The notes under the pieces: model-generated | The model's input: only the letters and a program-made list of their open reading frames with translations | What the model was told of the DNA's origin: nothing | The model's database searches: none | Shown here: positions 31,501 to 39,583 of the stretch, piece after piece | Layout: each line of letters starts with the position of its first letter | How positions within the stretch are numbered: position 1 is the first letter of the stretch | IMG/VR virus record: IMGVR_UViG_3300007542_004333 | DNA length: 64,000 bases | Origin: an uncultured virus (IMG/VR IMGVR_UViG_3300007542_004333) | Taxonomy: Duplodnaviria > Heunggongvirae > Uroviricota > Caudoviricetes | Reading direction: 5' to 3' (one strand) | Translations under genes and position numbers: made by a program

Positions 31501-34500
31501 ACACAGCAAGAAAGAATAGACTTACATACTTCTTCAGTTCAAACAAATTCGTATGGCGTTTTGGTGACTCAATCTGCTTGGGTACTTGACGCTCCTTCTG
31601 ACTTTTTGACGAGAACATTAAGCGGAATATCGTCTATTCCAACTGATGGAATATTTGATGCTTTAATTTCTTCTAACTCTGCCGGTGAGTTGCAAAATGA
31701 GTATCTACACGCCCACTACACAACAGCGTCTTTAAACACACAAACAAAGATCAGAAACAGGGCAATAAGCGCCCTTTATTCAAGAAAGCATCTTCTTGGT
31801 GCCCCAGGTTCTGTTGTTTCACCTTCTGGCATTCCAATCCCAGAAACAGGATCTATTGTCAAGGGTAGCGTTTCTGCTCAGTTTAATAACTATGATCGTT
31901 TTGCTGGTGAAGCTTTCTGGGATGCTCCAGCAAATGCGGGCATTATACAAAAGAGCGGTTCAACAAATGAGTTTGTTTCTTATCCTTCTGAACCGTGGTT
32001 TGATGATTATGATTCTTATAAAGAAGAACTTTCTTTGGTCAGCAAAGGTTACGCTGTTGTTCCAGAGTTTAGATTAAGCGAACACATTTCTGATTATAGA
32101 AAATTTGGACTTGGCAGAACAAAAGATACTTTTGAGGTCGTTGGAACTGGCATTGATAGTTCTCAAACAAACTTTTATAATGATTATTCAAATGCCGAGT
32201 TTATGGAAGGATTTGCTAACATTTCTAACAAGACAGGCTTGGCACCAAAAGAAATTAGATTAGCTTGTAGCGCGTCGATTAGACTAATGCCTTACAAGGG
32301 TTTTTATCCTGCACAAAGAAGCGCTGATCTTGTTGAGCAGTTTAAAAATTCTTATGGAAAATCAATCCAAGCTTTCAACAATAGTGCAAATATTGCCAAT
32401 GGCACAGACGGCGGTGTTAGACCATTGGTCCAGCCTTTGTTCGCCCCAGGCATTCTTTACAACACCATTAAATCTGGTATGGCTGTTGATTACCCTATCG
32501 GCTCAACTTTAACCAAACTTTCCAAAAATCATTTTGGAACTGTTAGTAGCACAGACGATACTGCACAGTGGATGTTAACAACTATTACTGGCTCTGGACC
32601 AACAGATTATCAAGGTGGCTCTGTTTGGCAGAAACGAATCCCATTTGAAGCTATTATTCGACCAGAAAAACATATTGCTGGTTTGACTTTCCTTGATATG
32701 GAACCTCACCCATCTGCATCGCTAGATGCAACGGCTTCGTTTACTGTAAACGAGATTGATGATCTTTACACCAGAATGGCTTCTAACTACTTTGGTGAAA
32801 TGGCTAACTTTTTCTTGAAGGATTCTCAATACACAAGATTGCAATCTGATGTTGTTTCAAATGATTTAAGATTTGAATCTGGGAGCATTTACGGTGCAAG
32901 ACTAAAACTAAGAAGGTCTGTTAGCGGTAGTAGAATTTATACGAGCGAATCTGGCGCGGCAGGCAACAACTCTGCGTACAGCACTTACGGTGCGAGATTC
33001 TATGACTCAGGTGCCAACACATTTGTTAATAGAAGAACATATCCACTACCACAGGATCCAAGACAGCTTTCTGCCGATGAATTCCAAGAGTCGTTCACTC
33101 TTTACAGTCGTCCAAGCGCTTTCGGTCCTCCGATAGCAGGTAGACCAGATTTAGGAGAAGCTTCTGGATCTTATATTACAGCATCTCACCCAATAGATTC
33201 GCTAAACGGATTTAACTGGTCCTATACGCCCCCTTATTACAACGGTGAAGCTTGGCTTGATATTGTTTTCGAGCCAAATGCTGGCGAATCTTACGATCTT
33301 GAAAAGATTCTTTCAGAAGCAAAAACAAAGTATTGGAGATGTGATCCAGGTCCATCAGCTTCTTCTGTCCCAAGTGGACCAAACATCACTAACTGGACAG
33401 GTACGCAGTTGATTGGAACCCTTAGCGGAAACATAGCTTTCTCTGGTAGCTCTGCAACATACGGTGATTTAATTTACGACGGCAAAAACGTTAATGCTAA
33501 CGCGATGCAATTAAGCGCAAGTATTGCATCATTTGGCGTTGAAAGAATCCAGAAAGTTAGAACCGATAACTTTGGCAACGAAGTACTATCTGAAGACGAG
33601 TATGTTGGCTCGCGTTGGGTTATCCAGCCAAAAATGGAAACTCCAATGCCTAACTTCAACAACAAAGGTGTTAGACCAATTACAGATGCAAATTCAACTT
33701 TCTCGGTTCCAACTTATGCATCTCATTCGGCTCCACGAGGCATTTGGCATCAGTTTGGTGTGGTGGAACCAGATGAGACAAAAGGAATCTTCTTAGAAAT
33801 TGGCGATATTCCTTCTGATTGGCTACGCGGGCATTATGACGTTATTGACAACAACAGTATCTACAATAAAAATGATGCTGCTGGAAACGGAAACAATATG
33901 TTCCAGACAATGAAGCCGCTTACTGACGTTATAAACTTTACAGAAGAAAATGTTTCAGTTAAGCTTGGTCAGTTAGCTGAAAGCAAAACAATTAAAGAAG
34001 CTATTGTTGCAGTTCCTTACCAAGAAGAATCTAGTGGCGCAACAAAAACATTCTTTGAGATTGATCAAGCAAGAATCGAAGCTAGCTTGCAAAGCGCAAT
34101 AGGATCGTCAGAGGGAGACTCCCTTGATTACGCGGGCGAGTCCATCAGAAGACAAGTTGAAGCAATGCAACAATACATTCTACCACCTCAATTTGATTTC
34201 TTAAATAATCCAGATGCAGATCCAATGGTAATGTATTACTTTGAGTTTGAATACAAGTTTGATAAAGATGATTTAAATTACATTTGGCAGAACTTGGCAC
34301 CAAGAAACTATAAGAAGATAACAAAAACAGTTTCTTCTACTGCTCATACTCTTGGTGACAATGAATTACTAACTGCTGACGATATAAATAATTCAAACAC
34401 TCGATGGATGGTTTTTAAAGTAAAACAAAGAAGCCAAGCAAAATATGCAGATTTAATACCATCTCAGGCTGGCTCCTCTACTCCGTCTTCTCAGACAAAC

Positions 34501-34650
34501 GCAGCTAAAAATGAAACTCAGAAAAACAAAGATGATTTGTCAAAAGACACTTACAAGTTAGAGTACAATTGGCCTTATGACTATGTATCTTTTGTAGAGA
34601 CAATTAAAATCAGCGCTGATGTACTGTATAAAGAAGATGATCAAGGATAG
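25567..34650 (+). CDS. Giant (3027 aa) baseplate/tail protein with LamG-like domain
   Basis: TVEFWLK...HYAFV...LYVDG...GSLDEFRFW (LamG/ConA-like) and IYKAKGTEKAIR (wedge/tail-protein-like). Confidence 0.7.
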   Translation: MSIKKLFDSSNKTRNYLSKTDQKEAFESVESDRNLRALSTKQQEFIPQIDYSEPENFSRYGSAYLYYDSAIKQVHDYYPYDGSDAEITEYYNKLLDIEKYIFNNLYPRTNGLANFSADGWGSLSSTADGYGLPATLEYISFDGGPNKTSFTKLSEAFPTDKNSKFQFSNIYDDDLYTTAGLPSDYGVGTRESNLKSNFDNGVTVEFWLKKDAFSTSLTEKEVVLDIWNNNLSSSADYGRLTIELTGSSSGSPFLITAQAGTSGIYQQSIGASLTTASLGSYAHYAFVFYNSGTNLITKLYVDGVLNDENTTAGALSELNSKNMQGRIGALITSPSGSTASAGAGKLSGSLDEFRFWNATRSARDIARYWKSQVRGGANTDVSNTTLGLYYKFNEGIVGNTTTDSSVLDYSGRIGNGTWTGYGSNSRSTSSAMVLSTNATSEYLDPIIYSDHPDVASLKTDLLNKGSFHDRNNNSMFVNMMPSWVIEEAEEDTSDLRMVSHIVGAYLDKLTLQIQSIPSLKFLQHTSASAKPVPFAQHLPQSLGLYMPEIFVDSTVMEKFLNRSDDQFMESDLNDAKNLIYLNLYNSLAGIYKAKGTEKAIRNAFRCFNFDDRVIKFKTYSDREIYDLESNLQINLEPNSQVNFNDNNNLAGVVYQKADPTNAESLDYISGSYSTDKEARYGFTLEVKTTFPAFERIDETVNRNYTDVSLFGMALANTASASDTTWASTDPVNFQVYAIRDKQWSKGVYFKLTSSISPNPFPELTSSFFLGTYDNDDWSFAVRLKPSNYPYADLVSGSSGYTYDLEFSGINSVNGTIENTFTLTGSLSKTTGQDFLKSAKRIYAGARRTNITGAIDTRSDVLISNVKYWTKYLEDSDLQHHAFDLNNGGISGSYKNLSALDSNLKQVDVKNANSLALHWTFSNITGSDSSGNFYYVTDNSSGSSEIRDNYGWIGAIGGYQHTGYGYGFATSSTDVVKNNLVNAMRLLEPETAISSNMIKVLSDSQNLFGVSEVRPKYFHTIEKSMYSAVSQEMLDFFAGVVDFHNVIGEPVQRYRGRYKKLEKLRENFFRKVSTVSNVEKFIEYYKWIDDALASVVAQLLPASSPVVEDAYNIIESHVLERNKYKTPLPIIKETVPEPKFPILGINKLLYNWKINHAPIGGSQDQNTLWWKERAQRDVNTTITSGDTTVNAQRETIRETIDIANDQSAPTLSTNGAVEYQGSVDVLRTRAKPYKLTMATRHVVKGGTNFNNNKDLGLTYAALYPAGPVNTDGGVFVPTNVLLAKAEDIGALPENSETGSAPSVKIKRNFKVQYGRQWEDGLGYYNLKSSRIFPFNVVKSDVTTGYNKQVVEKVTGNVEIVNLHNDVYGSDMERPMQGPFTDYAVGGHQSRHVKINQGSDDYTNRPEAWKLLLGTLNDPSCRSTADFTGAIGMVGADYPYPEANEVGETPYPMTASQKAVYYRDFTAKRPVNIRNINTTTGSTILGNYYKNYEVVSSVGGYANPRAFVDNPPTLPVEITQTPSASQARSILDIRRTDESHTEFVPDYAVNYLHSNANNKSIIRSRFSSPGGIESIGQGYGDIRANEYSAYNAINYRNLTVRRPFQNISGTVSETVGAGTTGIRVSDINSQDFGLIKNLATHAGRFGRHPDLVTNPGASYSQAPTLNKMNRNTLRVIKQDSSGAFISSSQFDNFFVQHQIPRADRQYAWITASLASQAHNGDIRYYGYAPTSGPQTGYYQYSSSSGLRYEAYFPFVSASDVLGASGTASLYQPTLDLNIYIAEPVDSASNNVMGYGTGTPSQNYYNTDLIDTIPGLLSDLNGNADFVNLTFSKRKYNFGYRRTPYTGPASHPVLRKHARENTLTIYDGASISRYSTKPFSSRNAPVYINMDANGSNITLKTTYNNENLYFSDKDLNQKVFAGKIQNKTLLFDQLLQLPQNNPNAYTLNWVMYSEALFPTRKLELTTASSTRVGYDNLYWRATQQERIDLHTSSVQTNSYGVLVTQSAWVLDAPSDFLTRTLSGISSIPTDGIFDALISSNSAGELQNEYLHAHYTTASLNTQTKIRNRAISALYSRKHLLGAPGSVVSPSGIPIPETGSIVKGSVSAQFNNYDRFAGEAFWDAPANAGIIQKSGSTNEFVSYPSEPWFDDYDSYKEELSLVSKGYAVVPEFRLSEHISDYRKFGLGRTKDTFEVVGTGIDSSQTNFYNDYSNAEFMEGFANISNKTGLAPKEIRLACSASIRLMPYKGFYPAQRSADLVEQFKNSYGKSIQAFNNSANIANGTDGGVRPLVQPLFAPGILYNTIKSGMAVDYPIGSTLTKLSKNHFGTVSSTDDTAQWMLTTITGSGPTDYQGGSVWQKRIPFEAIIRPEKHIAGLTFLDMEPHPSASLDATASFTVNEIDDLYTRMASNYFGEMANFFLKDSQYTRLQSDVVSNDLRFESGSIYGARLKLRRSVSGSRIYTSESGAAGNNSAYSTYGARFYDSGANTFVNRRTYPLPQDPRQLSADEFQESFTLYSRPSAFGPPIAGRPDLGEASGSYITASHPIDSLNGFNWSYTPPYYNGEAWLDIVFEPNAGESYDLEKILSEAKTKYWRCDPGPSASSVPSGPNITNWTGTQLIGTLSGNIAFSGSSATYGDLIYDGKNVNANAMQLSASIASFGVERIQKVRTDNFGNEVLSEDEYVGSRWVIQPKMETPMPNFNNKGVRPITDANSTFSVPTYASHSAPRGIWHQFGVVEPDETKGIFLEIGDIPSDWLRGHYDVIDNNSIYNKNDAAGNGNNMFQTMKPLTDVINFTEENVSVKLGQLAESKTIKEAIVAVPYQEESSGATKTFFEIDQARIEASLQSAIGSSEGDSLDYAGESIRRQVEAMQQYILPPQFDFLNNPDADPMVMYYFEFEYKFDKDDLNYIWQNLAPRNYKKITKTVSSTAHTLGDNELLTADDINNSNTRWMVFKVKQRSQAKYADLIPSQAGSSTPSSQTNAAKNETQKNKDDLSKDTYKLEYNWPYDYVSFVETIKISADVLYKEDDQG

Positions 34651-34653
34651 TAA

Positions 34654-35658
34654 ATGGCGAAGTTTGTAAACAAAAAAGAACAGGTTTTTGATTTAAAACT
34701 TACCTCCTATGGGCACTATCTTCTATCAGTTGGCAAGTTTAAGCCAACTCATTATGCTTTCTATGACGATAATGTGCTTTATGACCGTCGCTATGCCTAT
34801 TCTAGCGCGTCAGAAAAACAAAATGATGTACATGCTCGTATAAAAAATGAAACGCAGTATATTGAATCTCTTGTGCTCTTTAGAGACGTTGAAGAAACAT
34901 TAAAAACGTCAGTTGGCGAGGAGCCAAATCCAAACGACAAACTAACTCCGTCTTCAAGATCTAAAGTTCCAGCGTCTGATATTTTTAAGTTTGATTCTCA
35001 GATTGGTGACGCCTTTTTAGATGGAGAAACAAACTATACTCCTGCTTGGAAGATCGTTGCTTTACAAAATCAGATTTCTTCTTCAACGCAGAGTGATACT
35101 GTAAACGACACAAAGATTCCGCAATTAAACATAGATGCAAATTATTCAATACAAGTATCGGAACCTATCTTTAATTTACGCGCACGAGAACTACGAGAAT
35201 TGAACTCTTATTCAAATCAATTTATAGATCAAAAAGTTTTAAAACTTGTATCTGATGATCCTTTGTTTTATATTGAAGAGCTAAACACAGAAAACCTTAC
35301 ACAAAATTTTGATATTGAAGTATTTTTAATATTATCATCTTCGGCTGCTGGCTCAAGAGAACAACTGGAGCGTAAGTTTTTCAGAAAAGAAATACCACAA
35401 ATACAAAACGGCTTTCTAATGTCAGAAGTTGCCCAAGTTTTACCAGTTGATGAAATAACAACTGATAGCGTTGAGTATTATTTTGACACTCTCTTAGATA
35501 GTGAAGTTGAACAAAGACTTGCTTGCAAAGGAGCAGAAATCTTTAATAAAGAAAGCTATTATATTGATTTAGATTTTGACTGCGACCAGCAAGCTCAAGA
35601 AGAAGCATTTTACGATATTTACGGATCGAGAACGGAGCCTGAGATATGTCAGACTTAA
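34654..35658 (+). CDS. Probable baseplate/tail structural protein
   Basis: N-terminus DLKLTSYG...YAFYDDNVLY is paralogous to the ORF at 42209. Confidence 0.55.
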   Translation: MAKFVNKKEQVFDLKLTSYGHYLLSVGKFKPTHYAFYDDNVLYDRRYAYSSASEKQNDVHARIKNETQYIESLVLFRDVEETLKTSVGEEPNPNDKLTPSSRSKVPASDIFKFDSQIGDAFLDGETNYTPAWKIVALQNQISSSTQSDTVNDTKIPQLNIDANYSIQVSEPIFNLRARELRELNSYSNQFIDQKVLKLVSDDPLFYIEELNTENLTQNFDIEVFLILSSSAAGSREQLERKFFRKEIPQIQNGFLMSEVAQVLPVDEITTDSVEYYFDTLLDSEVEQRLACKGAEIFNKESYYIDLDFDCDQQAQEEAFYDIYGSRTEPEICQT

Positions 35659-37976
35659 CGCTAACGGGCGACATCATTAATAATACTGGAAAATACCTTC
35701 CAGCACCTTATATTGAAAAAATGGAACTACAAGACGATCTTTCGCTTACGATAAACGGTTCTATTTTTATTAGCAATTATGACGATGCGTATTTTTATGA
35801 TGATGGCGAAATTAAGCAAGATAAAGATTCGATTGCCAGTATTCTGAATGATTCTTTGTACTATTATGTTGCGGTTTTTATGTCGTCAGTCGATGGAAGA
35901 ATTAGCCAAACTGGCTCAAACGGCGATAGTTTATATCAATCAGTAATAAGCAAAGAAATAAATCCTTTTATGGTTTATTACTCTTCTGGATCTGCCGACG
36001 CACCAACTCCTATTTTTCTAACACAAATTGAAATTTCAAGTGATTCTAATATCGCGTATGACGAATCGGGGAATGAAATCAGAAAATATGATTTTTCTCA
36101 ATCAATTAATCTTGACAAACAAATGTATATAAAATTAGACGGTTGGAGCAATGTCGCTTCTTTACAGATTATTGCTTTTAGCAGTGTGTATGAATATAGC
36201 GAAGACACATTTCCAGAACAAATGGATAATTTACAGCTTCTTGATTTTCAAACAAGTGAAGTATCGTATGAGTCCATTTTTAATGATAGTGGGTTGTCCA
36301 GCGGAGCCAAAGCGGAATACTTGGATGCAGAAGGTAATCTTTACAGCGAAACACCTTTGATTTCTTTAAACGGCTCTGCTTATAAAACTGAAACTATTAC
36401 ACACCAACAAGTTGTTGATAAATTTCAAAATCTACTTGATGAATATCAATCTTTTTACGAACAAGGCGAGCGCTATTCAAAACTAAAAGATATTATGGAT
36501 AATGTTTCGTCTGTTCTCGCAACATACGGTGAGAGTGCGGATTTATTAATTCAGCTAAATCAAATCGCAAGAGTTTATCCAGATAAGTCCCCCGCAAAGC
36601 CAATCGGCAAGTTTTATAAAAACTATAGAAAAAGACTGGTATTATCAAACAATTCAGTTCAACAGAATGCTAAATTAATAAAACAAGTTCTTTATGATTC
36701 TAAAATAAGTGACTTAAGAGAAATAGGTGATACATCGGAAGCAGAACCTAATAATATTCACGACACAGACTTAACAGACACTTACATTTATACCGATTCT
36801 CAGTTGTCAATGTATGAATGTGCTGATACATCTTACGACGTTCCCTCGCACGTTATTTTTGGAAGAATATATTTTGACTATGAAAAAGCGCTGCAAAGAA
36901 CTTCAAATATCTCAAAAATTTTAAATGTAAATAAACTAAAAAACTATGGCATTGAAATAGATTTCAATACATTTTTTGTTGAGTCTTGTTGGGTTTATCG
37001 ATACGAAACTAACGATTCGGATTCTTCTTTAAAAGCAATTTACGGTTCTTCTTTCGCAACTGGCTCAGCTTATCCTATATCAGAAAAGATTTATGCTAGA
37101 GATCAGTTAAATCAAGACGACTCCACACAGCAAGCAATATCGTATTATCTAAAGCAGTTTACGAGCGATACAAATTATTCTGGAACTCCTTATTATTATT
37201 CGGATGAAGAATTACAAGGAACAGTTGAAATAGTTAATTCTGATGGAACAACAACAATTTCTGATTATCCTGGTACGTATGGATATCTTTTTGGGTACGC
37301 AAGTAGCGTTATATACCGTCAGTATTTAGATCCAAGTTTAAACGGAGTAGATGATTTAGCGATTAAAAACTATCGTCTAATGTCGTTTGAGATTCTTGAT
37401 TACGCAAAAAACATAAATGATACTCCTATTCTATCTTTCCAAGTTGTTATAAAAGATCGCACAGCAACAATTGCAAACACAATACTACAAAAACTCCAAG
37501 ATACATCAGAGGAATTACAACAATATTATGATTATGCAAGCGATAATGGTGCATTTAACGAAAATCTTGGAAAATTTAACAGATTTTTTAGAGAATCAGC
37601 TTCGGCACAATATCAAGATAAGCCAAGTTCTGCTCCGTGGTACACCGCCCCATTTATGTATTGTATGATTCTTGATTTATACTACAACTTATTTGATAAT
37701 GATATAGAGAAAGTTACTGAAAAAGCACTTCAAATTTCACAAACAATAAATCCAATCAACGGAAATCTTGAAGCGATTGAATCATTTCAAGATAAATTTT
37801 CAACTGTAGTAAATAATTTTGAATTTGTAGTGGCGCTTTTCAACGCGGCAATCACTGAAGATAAAACAATTTTAAGGAATGGGTTCCAACTTACTACCAC
37901 TTTTGTTCCGCCAGAGTCAGAGTCAGAGTCAGAATTAACATCAACGGAGAAAACAGCAGAAAGGACAACTGAATAA
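35646..37976 (+). CDS. Hypothetical, probable virion protein
   Basis: 776-aa ORF coupled within the structural operon. Confidence 0.5.
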   Translation: MSDLTLTGDIINNTGKYLPAPYIEKMELQDDLSLTINGSIFISNYDDAYFYDDGEIKQDKDSIASILNDSLYYYVAVFMSSVDGRISQTGSNGDSLYQSVISKEINPFMVYYSSGSADAPTPIFLTQIEISSDSNIAYDESGNEIRKYDFSQSINLDKQMYIKLDGWSNVASLQIIAFSSVYEYSEDTFPEQMDNLQLLDFQTSEVSYESIFNDSGLSSGAKAEYLDAEGNLYSETPLISLNGSAYKTETITHQQVVDKFQNLLDEYQSFYEQGERYSKLKDIMDNVSSVLATYGESADLLIQLNQIARVYPDKSPAKPIGKFYKNYRKRLVLSNNSVQQNAKLIKQVLYDSKISDLREIGDTSEAEPNNIHDTDLTDTYIYTDSQLSMYECADTSYDVPSHVIFGRIYFDYEKALQRTSNISKILNVNKLKNYGIEIDFNTFFVESCWVYRYETNDSDSSLKAIYGSSFATGSAYPISEKIYARDQLNQDDSTQQAISYYLKQFTSDTNYSGTPYYYSDEELQGTVEIVNSDGTTTISDYPGTYGYLFGYASSVIYRQYLDPSLNGVDDLAIKNYRLMSFEILDYAKNINDTPILSFQVVIKDRTATIANTILQKLQDTSEELQQYYDYASDNGAFNENLGKFNRFFRESASAQYQDKPSSAPWYTAPFMYCMILDLYYNLFDNDIEKVTEKALQISQTINPINGNLEAIESFQDKFSTVVNNFEFVVALFNAAITEDKTILRNGFQLTTTFVPPESESESELTSTEKTAERTTE

Positions 37977-37977
37977 A

Positions 37978-38640
37978 ATGCCAATAACCGCTAATTTATC
38001 AAATGTATTAAATCCTGAATCTATAGATCAGACAGTATCTTTAGAAAGCACTGCTTTCCGCCAAAAGACAATAACAGTAAACGGTGTAGAATATGAAAGA
38101 GGAAGTAGTGAGGCGAAAATAGCAAAAACATCTCAAAAATTATTTGCAGATGGCTCACAATCGGATAATTCTTCTTTGCAGTCTATTTTGTTTTTTGAAG
38201 CTCTCGGTGCTGTTGTTTCGAAAGACCAAGGAAAAGATTATTCTTTAGTTTCTGATCAAACGAATAACACAAAAATAAACAATCCAAATATTGATAGTAG
38301 TTCTGCATTATCTGTTAGAATAGGAGGCAATGCTGGGCTATCTGTTTCAAAATCTTTTACTTTCTCAGATGATCCCATTTTTGAAACATCAGCTGACACA
38401 ACAGAGTCAAAAGATAAACTAACCGAAAGATTAAACCAAAGTAAGTTAGAGACAGGAACCAAACTGTTATCAACAGCTTCTGATATTGCAACTTTAAACT
38501 CAAGCAGTAGCTCTAGTTTAAAACAATTTACAGATATTGGAACTACGAGCGCGATAGCTGGCACCACTAGTGCGACTACGACTCAAACAGTTACAAGCCA
38601 AATGGCTATTGCTACCCAAACAGTTGTGAGGAGTTATTAA
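37978..38640 (+). CDS. Ser/Thr-rich hypothetical protein
   Basis: Low-complexity S/T tail (TTSATTTQTVTS). Confidence 0.5.
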   Translation: MPITANLSNVLNPESIDQTVSLESTAFRQKTITVNGVEYERGSSEAKIAKTSQKLFADGSQSDNSSLQSILFFEALGAVVSKDQGKDYSLVSDQTNNTKINNPNIDSSSALSVRIGGNAGLSVSKSFTFSDDPIFETSADTTESKDKLTERLNQSKLETGTKLLSTASDIATLNSSSSSSLKQFTDIGTTSAIAGTTSATTTQTVTSQMAIATQTVVRSY

Positions 38641-38641
38641 A

Positions 38642-39583
38642 ATGCCGATAGTTCCATCTACCGCAGCCACTGAAGCTTTGAAAGAACAATCTACAAGCAC
38701 CACTCAAACTGCCACCAGAAGCACCACTCAAACTGCCACCAGAAGCACCACTCAAACTGCCACCAGAAGCACCACTCAAACTGCCACCAGAAGCACCACT
38801 CAAACTGCCACCAGTGAAATAGAATCAGGCAATTCGAAAATAAAAATTGGCAATTTAGCAACGTCAGATACGGCTGACATAGTTAATAGCTTTTATCAAG
38901 TTTGGAAAGTTGCCTATATTAACGGCTCTATAGCAGATTCTAATTTGATAGATGGAAATAATTTTAGCTTTGCATATAATTCGTTAATTGCATATGGTAC
39001 ATATGATAGTGCCGACGAAGCAAAAACATCATCATCTGGGACTGTAGTTTTACAAATGAATTCCAATAATACAAATATTGATTATAATTTAGTATCTGGA
39101 AACACATCAGATGTTGGCTCTTATTTAGTTAAAGTCACTTTTCAACAAGGAATATTTGGAATAACAAGCATAGTTGAAGACGGTTATTATTATCTGTCAG
39201 CAGAAAACGGTGGTACTGCTAGACCAACATTCGCAAACGAAAATACAGAGCCAAACGTAAGTGACCCAAATGATATCTTTGACATGCTTGTTGGTTTCGA
39301 CGTGCAATACTCTGAAGCAGAAACTACAGCCATACAAAATAAGTGGGCAAATGAAACTTTTGAAGAAAACTTTACTAACTTTATAGATACTTATACTAAC
39401 GAGATGTACAATTTTTCTCCAACTTCAGAAGAAGTAACTTTTAGATTTAACAAAACAACGCCAATGAAAGAAAAAACGCAGTCTGCTTTAGCTGGACAAG
39501 CCGCTACAACGACCACAACTGTTTCAACATCAACTTCGGTTAGTGTATCACCTACGACCAGCACCTCAACAGGAACTTATTAA
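38642..39583 (+). CDS. Thr/Ser-rich hypothetical protein with tandem repeat
   Basis: About 5 copies of STTQTATR near the N-terminus and a TTTTTVSTSTSVSVSPTTSTSTG tail. Confidence 0.55.
   Translation: MPIVPSTAATEALKEQSTSTTQTATRSTTQTATRSTTQTATRSTTQTATRSTTQTATSEIESGNSKIKIGNLATSDTADIVNSFYQVWKVAYINGSIADSNLIDGNNFSFAYNSLIAYGTYDSADEAKTSSSGTVVLQMNSNNTNIDYNLVSGNTSDVGSYLVKVTFQQGIFGITSIVEDGYYYLSAENGGTARPTFANENTEPNVSDPNDIFDMLVGFDVQYSEAETTAIQNKWANETFEENFTNFIDTYTNEMYNFSPTSEEVTFRFNKTTPMKEKTQSALAGQAATTTTTVSTSTSVSVSPTTSTSTGTY
38696..38814 (+). repeat. Perfect 24-bp coding tandem repeat, about 5 copies
   Basis: Unit AGCACCACTCAAACTGCCACCAGA; four exact copies plus 23/24 of a fifth, with no spacers. Confidence 0.95.

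Noticed and set aside
38612..38803. Minus-strand ORF with GASGGSLS repeats
   Set aside because: Antisense shadow of the 24-bp tandem repeat.
38696..38814. CRISPR array
   Set aside because: The repeats are directly adjacent with no spacers, are in frame within a CDS, and no cas genes are present.
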